Positions 1-13,310 are shown, numbered from the stretch's first letter. The stretch is 64,000 bases of DNA from Octopus sinensis (GCF_006345805.1 NC_043017.1:4030001-4094000); one strand, 5' to 3'. The notes: generated from the letters alone by a model not told the origin. Numbers and translations: made by a program.

Positions 1-583
1 ATTCGTTCTTCACTGGATTACTATTGTTGTTCTTATTTTATCTGATGTGTATTGTCTGGAAGTCTTTCGTTATACATCTGTGAACACTTCAGCGACACTT
101 CCATCCCGCGTATCTCCTCCTCTTCTATTTGAACTAAACAGAGAATGGACTAAACACGGGTGTGCGACGAAATATTTCCGGACATTGGACATAAGATAAA
201 TAAGAAGAATAATAAACGAGTCAAGAACGAATATTTATCTAAAGGAAAGATGATCAGTTGAAAATTAGTATGAAAATCATGATGATGACTATGATGGTGG
301 TGGTGGTGGTGGTGGTGGTTTTCGTGGCGGAGAAAGAAATAAAGTAGAAAAAAATAAAGAAGAAGAGTAAGGGGAGGAGGATAAGGAGAAGGAGGGTAAG
401 GAAGGCAGCGTGACCAACCCACCTGTTATCAAGAATTATATTGCGTAATTTGTCCTTCCATTTTAACATAATGAATTTTGATTTCAGGAGGATTTGGTTC
501 CTATTTCTAGCAGAGCAAACAGCAACATAATAACTCTCTCTCTCTCTCTCCACACACATATATGTAAATGTGTGTGTATATAC

Positions 584-646
<63 letters not shown>

Positions 647-1002
647 TATTCATATACACATATATATATACATACACACACACACACACATATATATATT
701 AACCTATGTTTTTGTGAAGCATTGTGCTGTATAAGTTTAAAGTATGTAGCTTTACACAACTATACATATATATGTATGTATTATCTTTTAATTCCTTCTG
801 TCATTTCACTGCGCCCATGCTGGTGTACAGCTTTGAAGGGTATATATTTGAACAAATCGGCCCTAGGGCTTATTTCTTTGAAGCCTTGTTCTTATTTAAT
901 CGGCCTCTTTTGTCAAACCGCTTTGTAACGAGGACGTAAAGACAGTAAAACTATTTGTCAAGCTGTGGTAAGAGACAAACACAGAGACACACCTACAGAG
1001 AT

Positions 1003-1034
<32 letters not shown>

Positions 1035-1036
1035 AC

Positions 1037-1071
<35 letters not shown>

Positions 1072-1257
1072 CATACATATATCAGCATATATATACACGA
1101 GGACTTCTTACAGTTCCCGTCTACTAGATCTATTCACAAGGCTTTGGCTGGCTCGAGGCTATAACAGAAGGCACTTGATTAAGGTGTTACACAGTGGGAC
1201 TGAACCCGGAATAATATGGTAGAGAAGCAAGCTTGTTACCACGCAGCTATACCTGCG

Positions 1258-1293
<36 letters not shown>

Positions 1294-1463
1294 TATAAGA
1301 AATTAAAAAAGGAAAATACGCCCACTTACATAGTTTTAATATGATTTTTTGTATATCGATCGGTTTCGCTATCGATATTCATGATATTAAGTTTTACTTA
1401 TTTGAATATATATTTTTTCTTAAGAAGAAATTTTGTCAAATCGAAATTCCTCTTTTCTGTTAC

Positions 1464-1499
<36 letters not shown>

Positions 1500-1622
1500 T
1501 TGTGGCAATGCGCATACGTTAAAAATTTGTCAAAAGTTGACAATTAAAAATAATTAAGTTGCTGTGATCTGCGCGAGGGTATTCACCCGAACTATAAAAA
1601 ATATATAAATTTCAGTATTTAC

Positions 1623-1843
1623 CTGTGTTCTTCGCCCTCCAACAGTTTGCGATAAGCAGCAATCTCAAGTTCCATCGACAGTTTGGCATCCATCAGATCT
1701 TGCAGTTCCTTCATCAGTCCTTCTAATTCAAGTTGAAGTCTTTCGACGTCGTTCCTGTGTGCCTCCTTTTCGTGATCTAAGTCGTTTATAGTAGTTTCTA
1801 ACTCCATTGTCACTGATCTTAGTTGGCCAGTCAGTTGAGCAAG
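1623..1843 (-). CDS. IF gene coding exon 6 (end of coil 2, rod terminus)
   Basis: tttcgtttatag|LAQLTGQLRS...LMDAKLSMELEIAAYRKLLEGEEH-AG|GTAAAT; contains the IF signature EIAAYRKLLEGEE; 221 nt, phase 0 to 2. Confidence 0.98.
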
Positions 1844-2368
1844 CTATAAACGAAATACGAACATTACAGAATTGCTAACAGATGGGAGAGTATGTTGCGC
1901 TCGCGTCTTAGACGGCTCTGCTGCTTCGCCCGCAGACACATCGTAAATTACATTGAACAGGACGTGTTGCGGCTGCTCGCTAAAGATTTATTCGGCAATA
2001 CACTTCAATCTTAGTCGTGCTATTTCCTCACTCTTCGTTTTCTACTGATACTACAGCATCTTTTGATCCTCGAAGATAGATAGTTGCGCATCACCTCAAA
2101 CTAAGCCCACAAGACACAAAGCCTGGGTTTCCTCAGTGAGAAATCACTGAGAAACAAAAACTGTTCTTGTACCAATGCAAGAAAGGTAAGACTACTTTAT
2201 ATTTTGGAAGAATAAAAACCTTTCGTTAGCTTATCAATTAAAAGAACATATTGGTAGTTAAATTTTCATTTCCTCTATTTACACTCAGCAGAACTAAAAA
2301 CAAAACCTGTCGAAGGACAAATGGGAACCTTGCTGGCCAACGGTCATCCAGTTGGGGTCATCCAGTTG

Positions 2369-2596
2369 GCGAGCTGGCAGAAACGTTAGCACGCCGGGCG
2401 AAATGCGTAGCCGTATTTCGTCTGTCGCTACGTTGTGAGTTCAAATTTCCGCCGAGGTCGACTTTGCCTTTCATCCTTTCGGGGTCGATAAATTAAGTAC
2501 CAGTTACGCACTGGGGTCGATGTAATCGACTTAATACCTATGTCTGTCCTTGTTTGTCCCCTCTGTGTTTAGCCCCTTGTGGGTAATAAAGAAATA
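2369..2596 (+). mobile_element. tRNA-derived SINE family A, monomer with 13-bp target-site duplication
   Basis: gcgagctggcagaa...gagttcaaattcc (B-box-like)...aataaagaaata; flanked by ggtcatccagttg at 2356-2368 and 2597-2609. Confidence 0.9.
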
Positions 2597-2740
2597 GGTC
2601 ATCCAGTTGAGGAATGACATCAATATCTTTGCCAAGAAAACACTATCAGGAAGTCAGAACTATGGCTCTATTTGGTGGGAGAACTTGCGCATAATCGAGA
2701 AACTTTCGTTGTAGTGTAATCAAAGCGCTGCAAAAAGCAC

Positions 2741-2920
2741 AATACATGACGAGGTCAATACATGACGAGGTCAATACATGACGAGGTCAATACATGACGA
2801 GGTCAATACATGACGGGGTCAATACATGACGAGGTCAATACATGACGAGGTCAATACATGACGGGGTCAATACATGACGAGGTCAATACATGACGAGGTC
2901 AATACATGACGAGGTCAATA
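2741..2920. repeat. 16-bp minisatellite (aatacatgacgaggtc) x11
   Basis: 11 units plus 4 nt; units 5 and 8 carry an A to G variant. Confidence 0.97.
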
Positions 2921-3393
2921 GTGTTATAGTTCCCATGTTATTCAATATAGCCTTAAACAGCTGCAGGCACAATTATGTGATAACTAGATCAGTAATTACC
3001 ATCCTTTTCGCTACTACAGATCCCTTTATTTAAATAACTTTCCTGTGCTGCCCACCACCAACCAGGTTTTTAAAAGGTCTGTCTATTCAATGAGCTAATT
3101 TTGTTAACTAACAACAAACATGTTTTAGTTCATCTCACAATTGAAACATATATAACTGAATACTCATACCTACGGTGTCCAGAATGGCAATACTAATGGT
3201 TCGTGAGCTGTGTTGGGAGCCGCTGAACTAAATTATCGACCCCGAGCTTGCGTGTAACAATCAAACGAATAGTTAAGTTCGATAGTTACTGCGTACTCTC
3301 CATTCTGCAGGAGTCGATTATAAGGAACTGAGTGCCCCATGCAGCTGTTAAATGGATAAACAGAGTGTAATTTGATCATGTTTGGTCTCTTAC

Positions 3394-3519
3394 CTGTGTT
3401 TCAAGATCGCGTATTCTGTCTTCCAGCTCGCTCTTTTGCATTTTCAATCTCCTGTTCTCGTCGGTCAGTTGCGTCAGTTCAACAGCTCCTTTGGAAGTAC
3501 CCATGCGTATTTCACTGAT
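3394..3519 (-). CDS. IF gene coding exon 5 (coil 2)
   Basis: ttttttccaacag|ISEIRMGTSKGAVELTQLTDENRRLKMQKSELEDRIRDLETQ|GTAAGA; 126 nt, the conserved size of this IF/lamin exon. Confidence 0.95.
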
Positions 3520-3585
3520 CTGTTGGAAAAAAGAATTTAAACACAATAATCGAAATGAATGAAAGGTGGTAATATTTATAGTAAA

Positions 3586-3891
3586 CTAGCAGTATCGCCC
3601 GGCGTTGCTCGGGTTTGTAAGGGAAATAACTATATAAGCATTTTTAGAGAGTTACTTCCCTTATATAACCCGAGCAAAAATCATTAAAAATGCGGGAAAA
3701 TGATGGTAATTTTTTTTTTAATCGTAGACTCATCGTAGACGCGCGCTAATACCCAGAAGGGCTCGATATGAATGACGACTATAAGATACCCGCTTTTGGT
3801 TAAACTGCACCGCAAAATGTGGGAGTAGTTAGGAATCTAAATCGGAGGAGACAGGGTCTCACACACACAACTTCAATTTAATATATAAGGA
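3586..3891 (-). mobile_element. Non-autonomous Helitron-like element
   Basis: Minus strand begins A|TC (3891) and ends with hairpin cccgagcaacgccggg then CTAG|T (3586). Confidence 0.75.
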
Positions 3892-4659
3892 TTTATTGTA
3901 AATATTATTGTGCGTGCACTGTTGTCGTGCTAGTTGTTGTAACTACTGTTGTTCTTTGGGCCCAGAACAGCCCTGAGTAGATCTACAATCGAACGTATTC
4001 CAGTCATCATTATCCAGTCTGTTTTCCTAGCAGGTATAGTGTACCTAGATTTACTTTATCCAAGGTGCTCTATGTTTCTAAAGCTTCAGGATATGACAAG
4101 AGACAGAGAGAGAGAGAGGAAGTTGGTTGTTATTTTTAGTTTTAGCAGGTCAAGCAATTGGTGCTATGTGGAGGCCGGGTTTCGTGTCAATCGCGAAATT
4201 ATTGATCTGCATCTGGAACTTATTATTCAAGACTTAGAGCTGAGAAAGTTTTGGGGTTTGTTTTTTCTATGCAAAACGGACTGTTGCAAGTTTCCCGTCT
4301 CCACGCTATTGATATCGTCCCAGACACAGGATAGAGTAATTCGGGTTCGATAACTTACCTCTGCATTGGTTCGATTGATGTTTGGTCAACTAAAGTAGCA
4401 GCTCCATAGATAATTTTGCCCCTAACATAATCGTCAAGCAGAATCGGCATGGAGGCGGCGGTTGAGTCTTTAATTTACAGATACAATCCATCCAACAAAC
4501 TTCAACACAGATTCCGTCCACCCATTTTATCTAGTAAGGCTTGGGTCGATATGCTACGCAGTGAGCTCGAAAATGAGACCGCGAGAGTGCGATGCAAGCC
4601 TTTTAGGCATTCACCCATGCTGCCTCCAGATACATACATGCATCCATACATACATAGTG

Positions 4660-4978
4660 AAGGCGCGTGTCTTAGTGGTGAGGGCATTCGGCTCACGATT
4701 GTAAGATCGTGAGCTCAATTCCCGGGGACATGTTGTGTCCTTGAGCAAGACACTTTATTTCACGTTGCTCCAGTCCACTCAGCTGGCAAAAATGAGTTGT
4801 ACTTGTATTTCAAAGGGCCGGCCCTGTCACACTCTGTATCACCCTGAATCTCCCCGAGAACTACGTTAAGGGTACACGTGCCTGTGGATTGCTCAGCCAC
4901 TTGCACGTTAATTTCACGAGCAGGCTGTTCCGTTGATCTTTTCAGCTGGGACCCTCGTCGCCGTAACCGACGGAGAAC
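4660..4978 (+). mobile_element. tRNA-derived SINE (head 2, tail X)
   Basis: ggcgcgtgtcttagtgg...ccttgagcaagacac...cactcagctgg, then the same tail as 27380-27560. Confidence 0.85.
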
Positions 4979-5159
4979 TCCTACCTAAATACATACATAA
5001 ATACATACATACATACATACATACATACATACATACATACATACATACATACATACAGTAACACCTCTGCCCGTTTGCTGCTTTGCAATATGCCGACATA
5101 TTAACAGTGAACTTGATTGACCAGAACTTAGTTGCCTTCCAACGATATCACACAGGAAT

Positions 5160-5870
5160 GGCATACACACACACACAACAACAACAACAACAACATACAC
5201 ACAACACATACACACACACAACACATGCACAACACACACACACACAAACACAAACACAACACACACGCACACAAACACAACACACATACAACACACTCAA
5301 CACATACACAACACACACACACAACAACAACATCACACAACACACACACAACACATACACAACACACACATACACGCACACAAACACAACACACACACAA
5401 CACACTCAACACACACACACACACACAACAACATACACACAACACACACACACAACAACAACATACACACGACACACACACACACACAACAACAACATAC
5501 ACACACAACAACAACAACATACACACAACACACACACACACAACAACAACATACACACACACACAACAACAACATACACACAACACACACACACAACACA
5601 TACACAACACACACACACACGCACACAAACACAACACACACACAACAGCAACAACATACACACAACACACACAACACACACACACGCACACAAACACAAC
5701 ACACACACAACACACTCAACACACACGCACACAAACACAACACACACACAACACATACACAACACACGCACACACGCACACAAACACAACACACATACAA
5801 CACACTCAACACACATACAACACACTCAACACACACACAACACACTCAACACACACACACACTCACATAT
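5160..5870. repeat. Degenerate (CA/CAA)n microsatellite, representative of many (TA)n, (CA)n, (GATA)n, (TACA)n, (GA)n and (TAA)n tracts
   Basis: Direct inspection; these tracts explain most ORF-track entries. Confidence 0.95.
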
Positions 5871-6202
5871 GTATGAGTTGTTTAGATATTAGGATTCACT
5901 AAAAACTCTGTGTGTTGGACAGAATCAATCTTAATTTCTAAACAACGCATGTGTTTCCCACAAAAAGCCATACACACATACACACAAACAAACTGTAGCC
6001 GAATTATTAAACCTCCAGGACAATTTCCGGCAGTCTGTTTTAAACATCTTGAAAACATCAAAAGCGATGTTGAACTTGGTGGTTTTGATACTTATGAGCT
6101 GATTAAACTCTGTAAAAATTCTTTTGTTTTTCCGACGGTCTACTAATTCTACTAATTCTACCAATCTATCGCCCGATGGTCATATCAATTATTTTTACAT
6201 AC

Positions 6203-6367
6203 CTGGGATTCGTATCTTGCTTCCAAGCTAGATGCCAAAGCCTCCAGCTGACTTTCATATTCTTGACTAATTTCTTTTATGCATGATCCCATTTCAGATG
6301 TCCAGTATTCACGCATATCAGGGAAGCTGTTATCCTTTGCCAACAAAGCTTTGTATTCTTTGATTTC
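6203..6367 (-). CDS. IF gene coding exon 4 (linker L12, start of coil 2)
   Basis: tatcatttaag|EIKEYKALLAKDNSFPDMREYWTSEMGSCIKEISQEYESQLEALASSLEARYESQ|GTATGT; 165 nt, phase 0-0. Confidence 0.93.
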
Positions 6368-6629
6368 CTTAAATGATATAAATAAAGCAGAAAAATGTAG
6401 TCATGAATACGTGAAAGGAAAAAGAAATAAAACATTTTGACAAAGTCGTCACCTTTTCTCGTGTAATGTTTTGAGAATAAATTACATGCAGACATAACGA
6501 AAACAAGCTTAGGTGTTAACACATTTCGTTCAGAAAGCATTGGGAAGGTAAATTAAAAAAGGGTATACAGTGAAGTTAAGTTGCAAGCTAGATTAACAGA
6601 CAGAGAGACAGATAGAGAGACAGACAGAC

Positions 6630-6705
<76 letters not shown>

Positions 6706-6714
6706 TAGATAGAT

Positions 6715-6855
6715 ATGTTTCTTTATTAGCCTCACAGGGCTGCACACAGACAGGACAAATTACAAGGTAGAGCTTTTCTTTTGGGGGTAAAAAAGGGGGT
6801 TTAGTTTTCGATCAAAAGGGATCGTAAAAGGAAAGAAAGAGGACAAAAAAGGGGG

Positions 6856-6856
<1 letters not shown>
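6715..6856 (-). mobile_element. Retroposon 3' end with AATAAA and (TATC)n tail; second copy 8112-8265
   Basis: tgtgcagccctgtgaggctAATAAAgaaac followed by tatc repeats in both copies. Confidence 0.65.
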
Positions 6857-6923
<67 letters not shown>

Positions 6924-6930
6924 CACAGAC

Positions 6931-6963
<33 letters not shown>

Positions 6964-7514
6964 TACATACATACATACATACATACATACATACATACAT
7001 ACATACATACATACATACATACATACATACATACATACAGGCAAATATCTTGAAATGCAGGAAATAGAAAGCTAACAGGAAGTCATGATACCGTGAGAGA
7101 GGCCGGCGAACAAGTCAATTAATGCTAATGTATTTGATACGAGGAACACAAAATCTAACTAGAAACATATATGTAGCGAAGCAGATAGATGAATAGATGC
7201 ACAGGTAAATTATTAAGTTAAATAGAATGGCAATTCCTCCAGCGGGGACGGCCCTTTTGGTTGTGTCAGTAAGATCCCTGTCGTGGCATGTCGTGTCTTA
7301 CCCACTTTTTAAACCCGGTGGAGCCAATCCCTTCATTAGTGTTTCTTCAAGTGAGAATGACATAATGAAGAAATTCCAGTACTTTGTCTTCTATTTATTT
7401 ACTTAGATGAAACGCACACCTGAGCTCAGCGGGATTTCAATTCCGATCAAAGCGAGCCGGAATAAATACCGCAAGGTTTAATAGCTAATGCCTTAAAGAA
7501 CTCTGTAAAATTGG

Positions 7515-7586
<72 letters not shown>

Positions 7587-7593
7587 GAGAGAG

Positions 7594-7691
<98 letters not shown>

Positions 7692-7847
7692 GAATAGATA
7701 GATATTACGGAGATGTACTCGCATAGCAAGTAATTTGATCTGAGATCGTGTGCTGAAACGAAAACATTGCAGCAGCGTGGAAGGTGTTTATAAGCCATTA
7801 AAAAACACACAAAAGCCGTTCGATTCACTCCAACATTTAAGTTTAAT

Positions 7848-7895
7848 TTGTCAAAATATTTTCGTCGCTAAAATCCGCGACCTGTTCACTGACAA
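7848..7895 (-). ncRNA. Mirror copy of the G3:C8 hammerhead-like motif (sense strand of IF intron 3)
   Basis: Left arm of inverted repeat 7819-7993; same core, 6-bp stem I. Confidence 0.6.
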
Positions 7896-7915
7896 GTCCG
7901 AGATGCAGCACGGAC

Positions 7916-7965
7916 TTTGTCAGTGAACAGGTCGCGGATTTTAGCGACGAAAATATTTTGACAAA
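7916..7965 (+). ncRNA. Hammerhead-ribozyme-like motif, type I minimal, G3:C8 core
   Basis: TTTGTCA-GTGAACA-G-GTCGC(ggatttta)GCGAC-GAAA-ATAT-T-T-TGACAAA: 7-bp stem I, 5-bp stem II, palindromic stem III AATATT. Confidence 0.65.
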
Positions 7966-7992
7966 TTAAACTTAAATGTTGGAGTGAATCGA

Positions 7993-8114
<122 letters not shown>

Positions 8115-9611
8115 TTCTTTATTAGCCACACAGGGCTGCACACAGACGGGACAGAATACAAAGTAGAATTTTTCTTTTTTGGGGAGAGAAAAAAAAAGGT
8201 GTGGTAGGTTTTCGATCAAAAGGGATCGTAAAAGGGAAAGAAGAAAAAAAAAGGGACAAAAAAAGATACATACATACATACGTGCGTACGTACGTACGTA
8301 TGTGCGTACACACGTACGTACGTGCATGCATGGTTGGTCACATTATCTACCAACCGACCTTTCAGATTCAGTCTGTCTACGTCTATCTTGTTACCAGTCT
8401 TGTGCATTTACTAAATGATTCTTCCAGCAATTATCTCGCTTGTTTTTAGTTAAGTTAGTATTATAATTAATGCAAGAAGCATTAAATATGTCAACTAGAA
8501 ATAATTATGTGTTGAGCTACAAAGCAATTTATGCGTTGAGCTACAAGCAACAATGCGGTGAACTAAAAGCATTTAGGCAGTGGGCTACAAAGAATACTTG
8601 TCGATGACTAATATTTTAATTATTTCAGCAGGTACTAATATTAGTCATTCACTAATATTTTCCCTCGCTGTATAATTATTTCTAGTTAACATATCTAATA
8701 TTTCTTGCGTTAAATACATTAACACTAATGTATCTATTGTTTATTTGCTGGCTTTTAATGCAGTCGATCTCCTGCAGTTATTTCCTAAGCAATTCCTAAA
8801 GCAGCTTATAATCGCAATCCCGCACATTTACTTAATAAGCCTGCCATTGGTAGTTTTGCGATTTTGGTGAAGTTTATACTTCACTGATGAAGTTATAATA
8901 ATTTATAGAATACTTCTATAATTGTCTCTCGTACTTACCAAGATAACTAAAACTAGTGGGACTCGTGGAAATTTCTTCATGTTTTATAGCAGTTTTTAAA
9001 TTTTTATATTGATATATAAATCTCGATTGTCTTTGATTTTGTTCCATAGTTAAGGCTAATTAGTGCTTAACACTCAAACAGATGCATGAATGTATAGATT
9101 ATATAAAGAAATTACAAAATGGAACGTGGAAACGATTAACGGGAAAGGAATGAAAGATAAGAAAATATAGAAATCCTCTCATCAGCCGAGGAAGCCCGGA
9201 CTACAAACGCGATTTCAGCGCGTTTAAAGTCGTCCCATATATTAGTCGTTCATTATTATTCCTTTTTCCACATCACTTTGCTTTGTTAACACTAACTTAC
9301 TAATCTTTTTGTCCGTGTATCACCTCGTGCAATTATTCAACATCCTGCTACGTTTAATGCTTCCGACATTAACTTACCTGTGGAATATAACCTTATATCT
9401 GAATAGCAAGCGTACTAAATGAATCTCTTTATCACGCTGCTTCGTGAGTTTAAAGTAATACGTTTAAAATAACCTTCATTATGGAATTGTATCGAAGATA
9501 TAATCGATATTTTTTTTGCATCAGGATAGATGTAAAATAATTTTTTCAATGTGAAACTTCCAACAGAAAGGATCGTAAAAATTAATTCAACGTGAACAAT
9601 ATAAAACTTAC

Positions 9612-9707
9612 AGTTTCATAAATGTCTTTCAAGAAATTAAGCTCATCTTCCAAAGATTGGGCACGAGTGCTTTCAGCGAGACGACTAGCAGTTTCCTCCT
9701 GCAGTTC
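9612..9707 (-). CDS. IF gene coding exon 3 (end of coil 1B)
   Basis: ttctttttccag|ELQEETASRLAESTRAQSLEDELNFLKDIYET|GTAAGT; 96 nt, phase 0-0; translated by hand, absent from the ORF track. Confidence 0.95.
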
Positions 9708-9746
9708 CTGGAAAAAGAAAGAATAGTGAATTATTATTATTATTAC

Positions 9747-9817
<71 letters not shown>

Positions 9818-9838
9818 TAATTATTATTACTACTACTA

Positions 9839-10015
9839 AGGTGGTGAGCTGGCATAATTATTAGCATGCTGGACGAAATGCTTAGCGGTATTTCGCTCGT
9901 CGCTACGTTCCGAGTTCAAATTCCGCCAAGGTCGTCTTTGCCTTTCATCCTTTCGGGGTCGATAAATTAAGTACCAGTGAAACATTGGGGTCGATGTAAT
10001 CGACTTAATCCCTTC
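9839..10015 (+). mobile_element. SINE family A copy
   Basis: Similarity to 2369-2596. Confidence 0.8.
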
Positions 10016-10203
10016 CACTACGCTGGCATTGTGACAAAAATTTGAAATCGTTGTTGTTGTTGAGACGTTTGTTTTGCAACTACAAGGTATGCGGTTCAGT
10101 TCCACTACGCGTTATTTTCGTAGGTGTCTTCTTCTACAGCCCCGAGCTGACCAATACTTTGTGAGTGAATTTGATTTACAGAATATGTGTGGACGCCCGT
10201 CGT

Positions 10204-10303
<100 letters not shown>

Positions 10304-10305
10304 GA

Positions 10306-10369
<64 letters not shown>

Positions 10370-10389
10370 GAATAGATAGATAGATAGGA

Positions 10390-10425
<36 letters not shown>

Positions 10426-10427
10426 GA

Positions 10428-10517
<90 letters not shown>

Positions 10518-12165
10518 GAATGTGTGTGTGCATGTGTGTATGAGTGTGACGATGGTTTGCTAACGTCGTTAGGCAGTCGAACAGATAGCCTCATATTTGT
10601 TCCGGTTGTTTGTGCACCAAGTTCAAATATTGCTTACTGTCACCGGGAAAAAAATCTCCTCGGGGCCCAACAAAAACGGTGTTCAGCTTAAGCCGTCCTT
10701 CACAAATGGCGGAGTATTTCGGCTGATCTCTCTTAGTGCAAACACACTGGCCAGGAGGTGCAAATGCAAGAGTACGCTCAGGTCCTCTACACTCAAAGGA
10801 CAGTACATACACACACACACACATAACATACATTTTCTCTCTCTGTCATACATTCTCTCTCTCTCACCCTCACTTTCTCTCTCTCTCACACACACATACA
10901 TACATACATACATACATACATACATACATACATACATACATACATACAATCTCTCAGTCACTCTCTCTCACACTCCGCTCACTCTCATACACGCATACAC
11001 ACACACACACACACACACATACCAACATAATTTTGTTCGAGAAACCAGTTAAAGGTCGAGGGAAACACCCAGATTAACTGAATCACAGGAAATACATACA
11101 TACCATCATACATACACTCGCACACACGTACACATACACACACACACACACACAACACACATGCACACACACACACACACACATGTGGATGAGTAGATGT
11201 ATGCATGTATGATACACATATACATATGTATACACACACACACATATATACGCGTGCATTGATATTGTGAGATTCTGAAGAGTTTCTGTCTACTAATTTT
11301 CACAAAAAGGTTTTTAGTGAACAGAGGCTTCTTGCAGAACTCAGTTGCCCAATGATCCATGCAACAGAATTGAACCAAAAACCAAACGTTTGCCAGACGA
11401 TTGAGGTTCACAGAGAGCTAAATACAACTGCTTCAAATTGAAGTTCAATAGTCTTTGAAGGAAGATAGTTGTGAAGTCTACATGACACCTGTTTGTTGTA
11501 TTCCTCTTCTTCTTCTTCTAATCGGGACTTCTAATCGCCATTAGCCACAAAGAATAATCTTTAATTCGAGCCTACTCTAAGCTACTAAGAATGCGTGTGG
11601 CAACTTGAAGATCCACTCACCACACGCGATAGACTGGCGGTTGCACGGACGCGAAAGCTACGTTGTTATCCTCATTCCGTAAAAGGTGGCTTTTAACGGG
11701 TGGAGAGCTGAACTATCCTGGGGTACAGAGGATTCGCAATCTATCTAGACTAGGGTCTGAAAGTTTTACCACACCATAGTGAGTTACACCATGGTTCCTC
11801 TGCTTTGTGGAAGAAGTAGGAAGAAAGAGTGAGAGAAAGTTGTGGTGAAAGAGTACAGCGGTGTTCACCCCACCCCGCCGGAGCATCGTGGAGCTTAGGT
11901 GTTTTTGCTCAATAAACACTCACAATGCCTGGTCTGGGAATCGAAACCGCGTTCTTACGACCGCGAATCCGCTGCCCTAACCACTGGACCATTGCGCCTT
12001 CACAGGAATGCTGCTGTTAAAACCGTCGGGAACTATTATCGAAGACACAATGCTGAAGAGAGAGATTGTGTCAGATGCAGGCTTGTTTAACGCTATTCAT
12101 TATCATAAAAGCGTCAGATGCAGTTATGTCCTTCAGTACACATCCCACCATACCACAGTGGAACT

Positions 12166-12707
12166 TATTTCTTTACTGTCCACATGGGGCTACACACAGA
12201 AGGGACAAACAAGGACAGACAAACGGATTAAGTCGATTATATCGACCCCAGTGCGTAACTGGTACTTATTCAATCGATGAAAGGCAAAGTCGACCTCGGC
12301 GGAATTTGAACTCAGAACGTAGCGGCAGACGAAATACCTATTTCTTTACTACCCACAAGGGGCTAAACACAGAGAGGACAAACAAGGACAGACAAACGGA
12401 TTAAGTCGATTATATCGACCCCAGTGCATAACTGGTACTAATTTACTCGACCCCGAAAGGATGAAAGGCAAAGTCGACCTCGGCGGAATTTGAACTCAGA
12501 ACGTAGCGGCAGACGAAATACCTATTTCTTTATTACCCACAAGGGGCTAAACACAAAGAGGACAAACAAGGACAGACATAGGTGTTAAGTCGATTACATC
12601 GACCCCAGGGCGTAACTGGTACTTAATTTATCGACCCCGAAAGGATGAAAGGGAAATACCGCTAAGCATTTCGCCCGACGTGCTAACGCTTCTGCCAGCT
12701 CGCCGCC
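12166..12707 (-). mobile_element. SINE A array: one head plus three body units
   Basis: Units start at 12166, 12339 and 12523 (184-bp period, two with deletions). Confidence 0.9.
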
Positions 12708-12980
12708 CTACAAAAATACATCTGTCTACAGATACAGCTGATGCAGGGACACATCAAATGTGTTTCGTACAGACAATATATAAAAGGGTCACAGGGTAGT
12801 AGCCATGTACATCCGTGAGGATGACACACCTTAATCTTACGGCCAAGTCCATCAATGACAGCAACACGTTGTGGTAATATGTACATCATAACGTTCATCT
12901 CTCGCCTGAAATCACGATGTTAATGTAACAACTACCAGGAGTCTCAGTCTCAAAAATGAAGGTCTCCTATGTGTTTTTCA

Positions 12981-13013
<33 letters not shown>

Positions 13014-13221
13014 TGTTTTTGCGTTGTTTTTTTCTTCTGCAGCTGTTACACATGCATTTGAGTCCGGTCTCTAGATGACATGCAAGACAATACGACAATT
13101 TCCGTACGCAGTATACATACATATGTATGGATTTATATATGTACATAATTATGGGCCTATGTATGCGCATACCTTTGTGTATGCATGTATGTACATTTTT
13201 GCATACACACACACACCTATG

Positions 13222-13257
<36 letters not shown>

Positions 13258-13310
13258 TGTATGTATGTATGTATGTATGTATGTATGTATGTATGTATGT
13301 GTGTATGTGT

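Noticed and set aside
1330-1470. Possible exon 7 candidates just after the rod exon
   Set aside because: Acceptors lack polypyrimidine tracts or give immediate stops; no lamin-tail-like sequence
4359-4470. Minus-strand open stretch ending at a strong AG|GTAAGT donor
   Set aside because: In-frame stop upstream, no good acceptor, no IF similarity
4449-4712. Plus-strand ORF containing DMLRSELENETARVR, superficially IF-like
   Set aside because: Wrong strand, no splice context, and the real exon 3 is at 9612-9707
8936-8980. MKKFPRVPLVLVIL|GTAAGT, like a signal-peptide first exon
   Set aside because: Only 14 codons, with no downstream exons or promoter evidence
9170-9240. CTGATGA (minus) and CCGAGGA (plus) motifs
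   Set aside because: No GAAA with compatible stems
10591-10833. Complex-looking minus-strand ORF with a donor at about 10637
   Set aside because: Phases do not fit between exons 2 and 3 and I recognise no homology
11600-11670. TTGAAGA...GAAAGCTAC near-hammerhead
   Set aside because: Stems I and II are out of register
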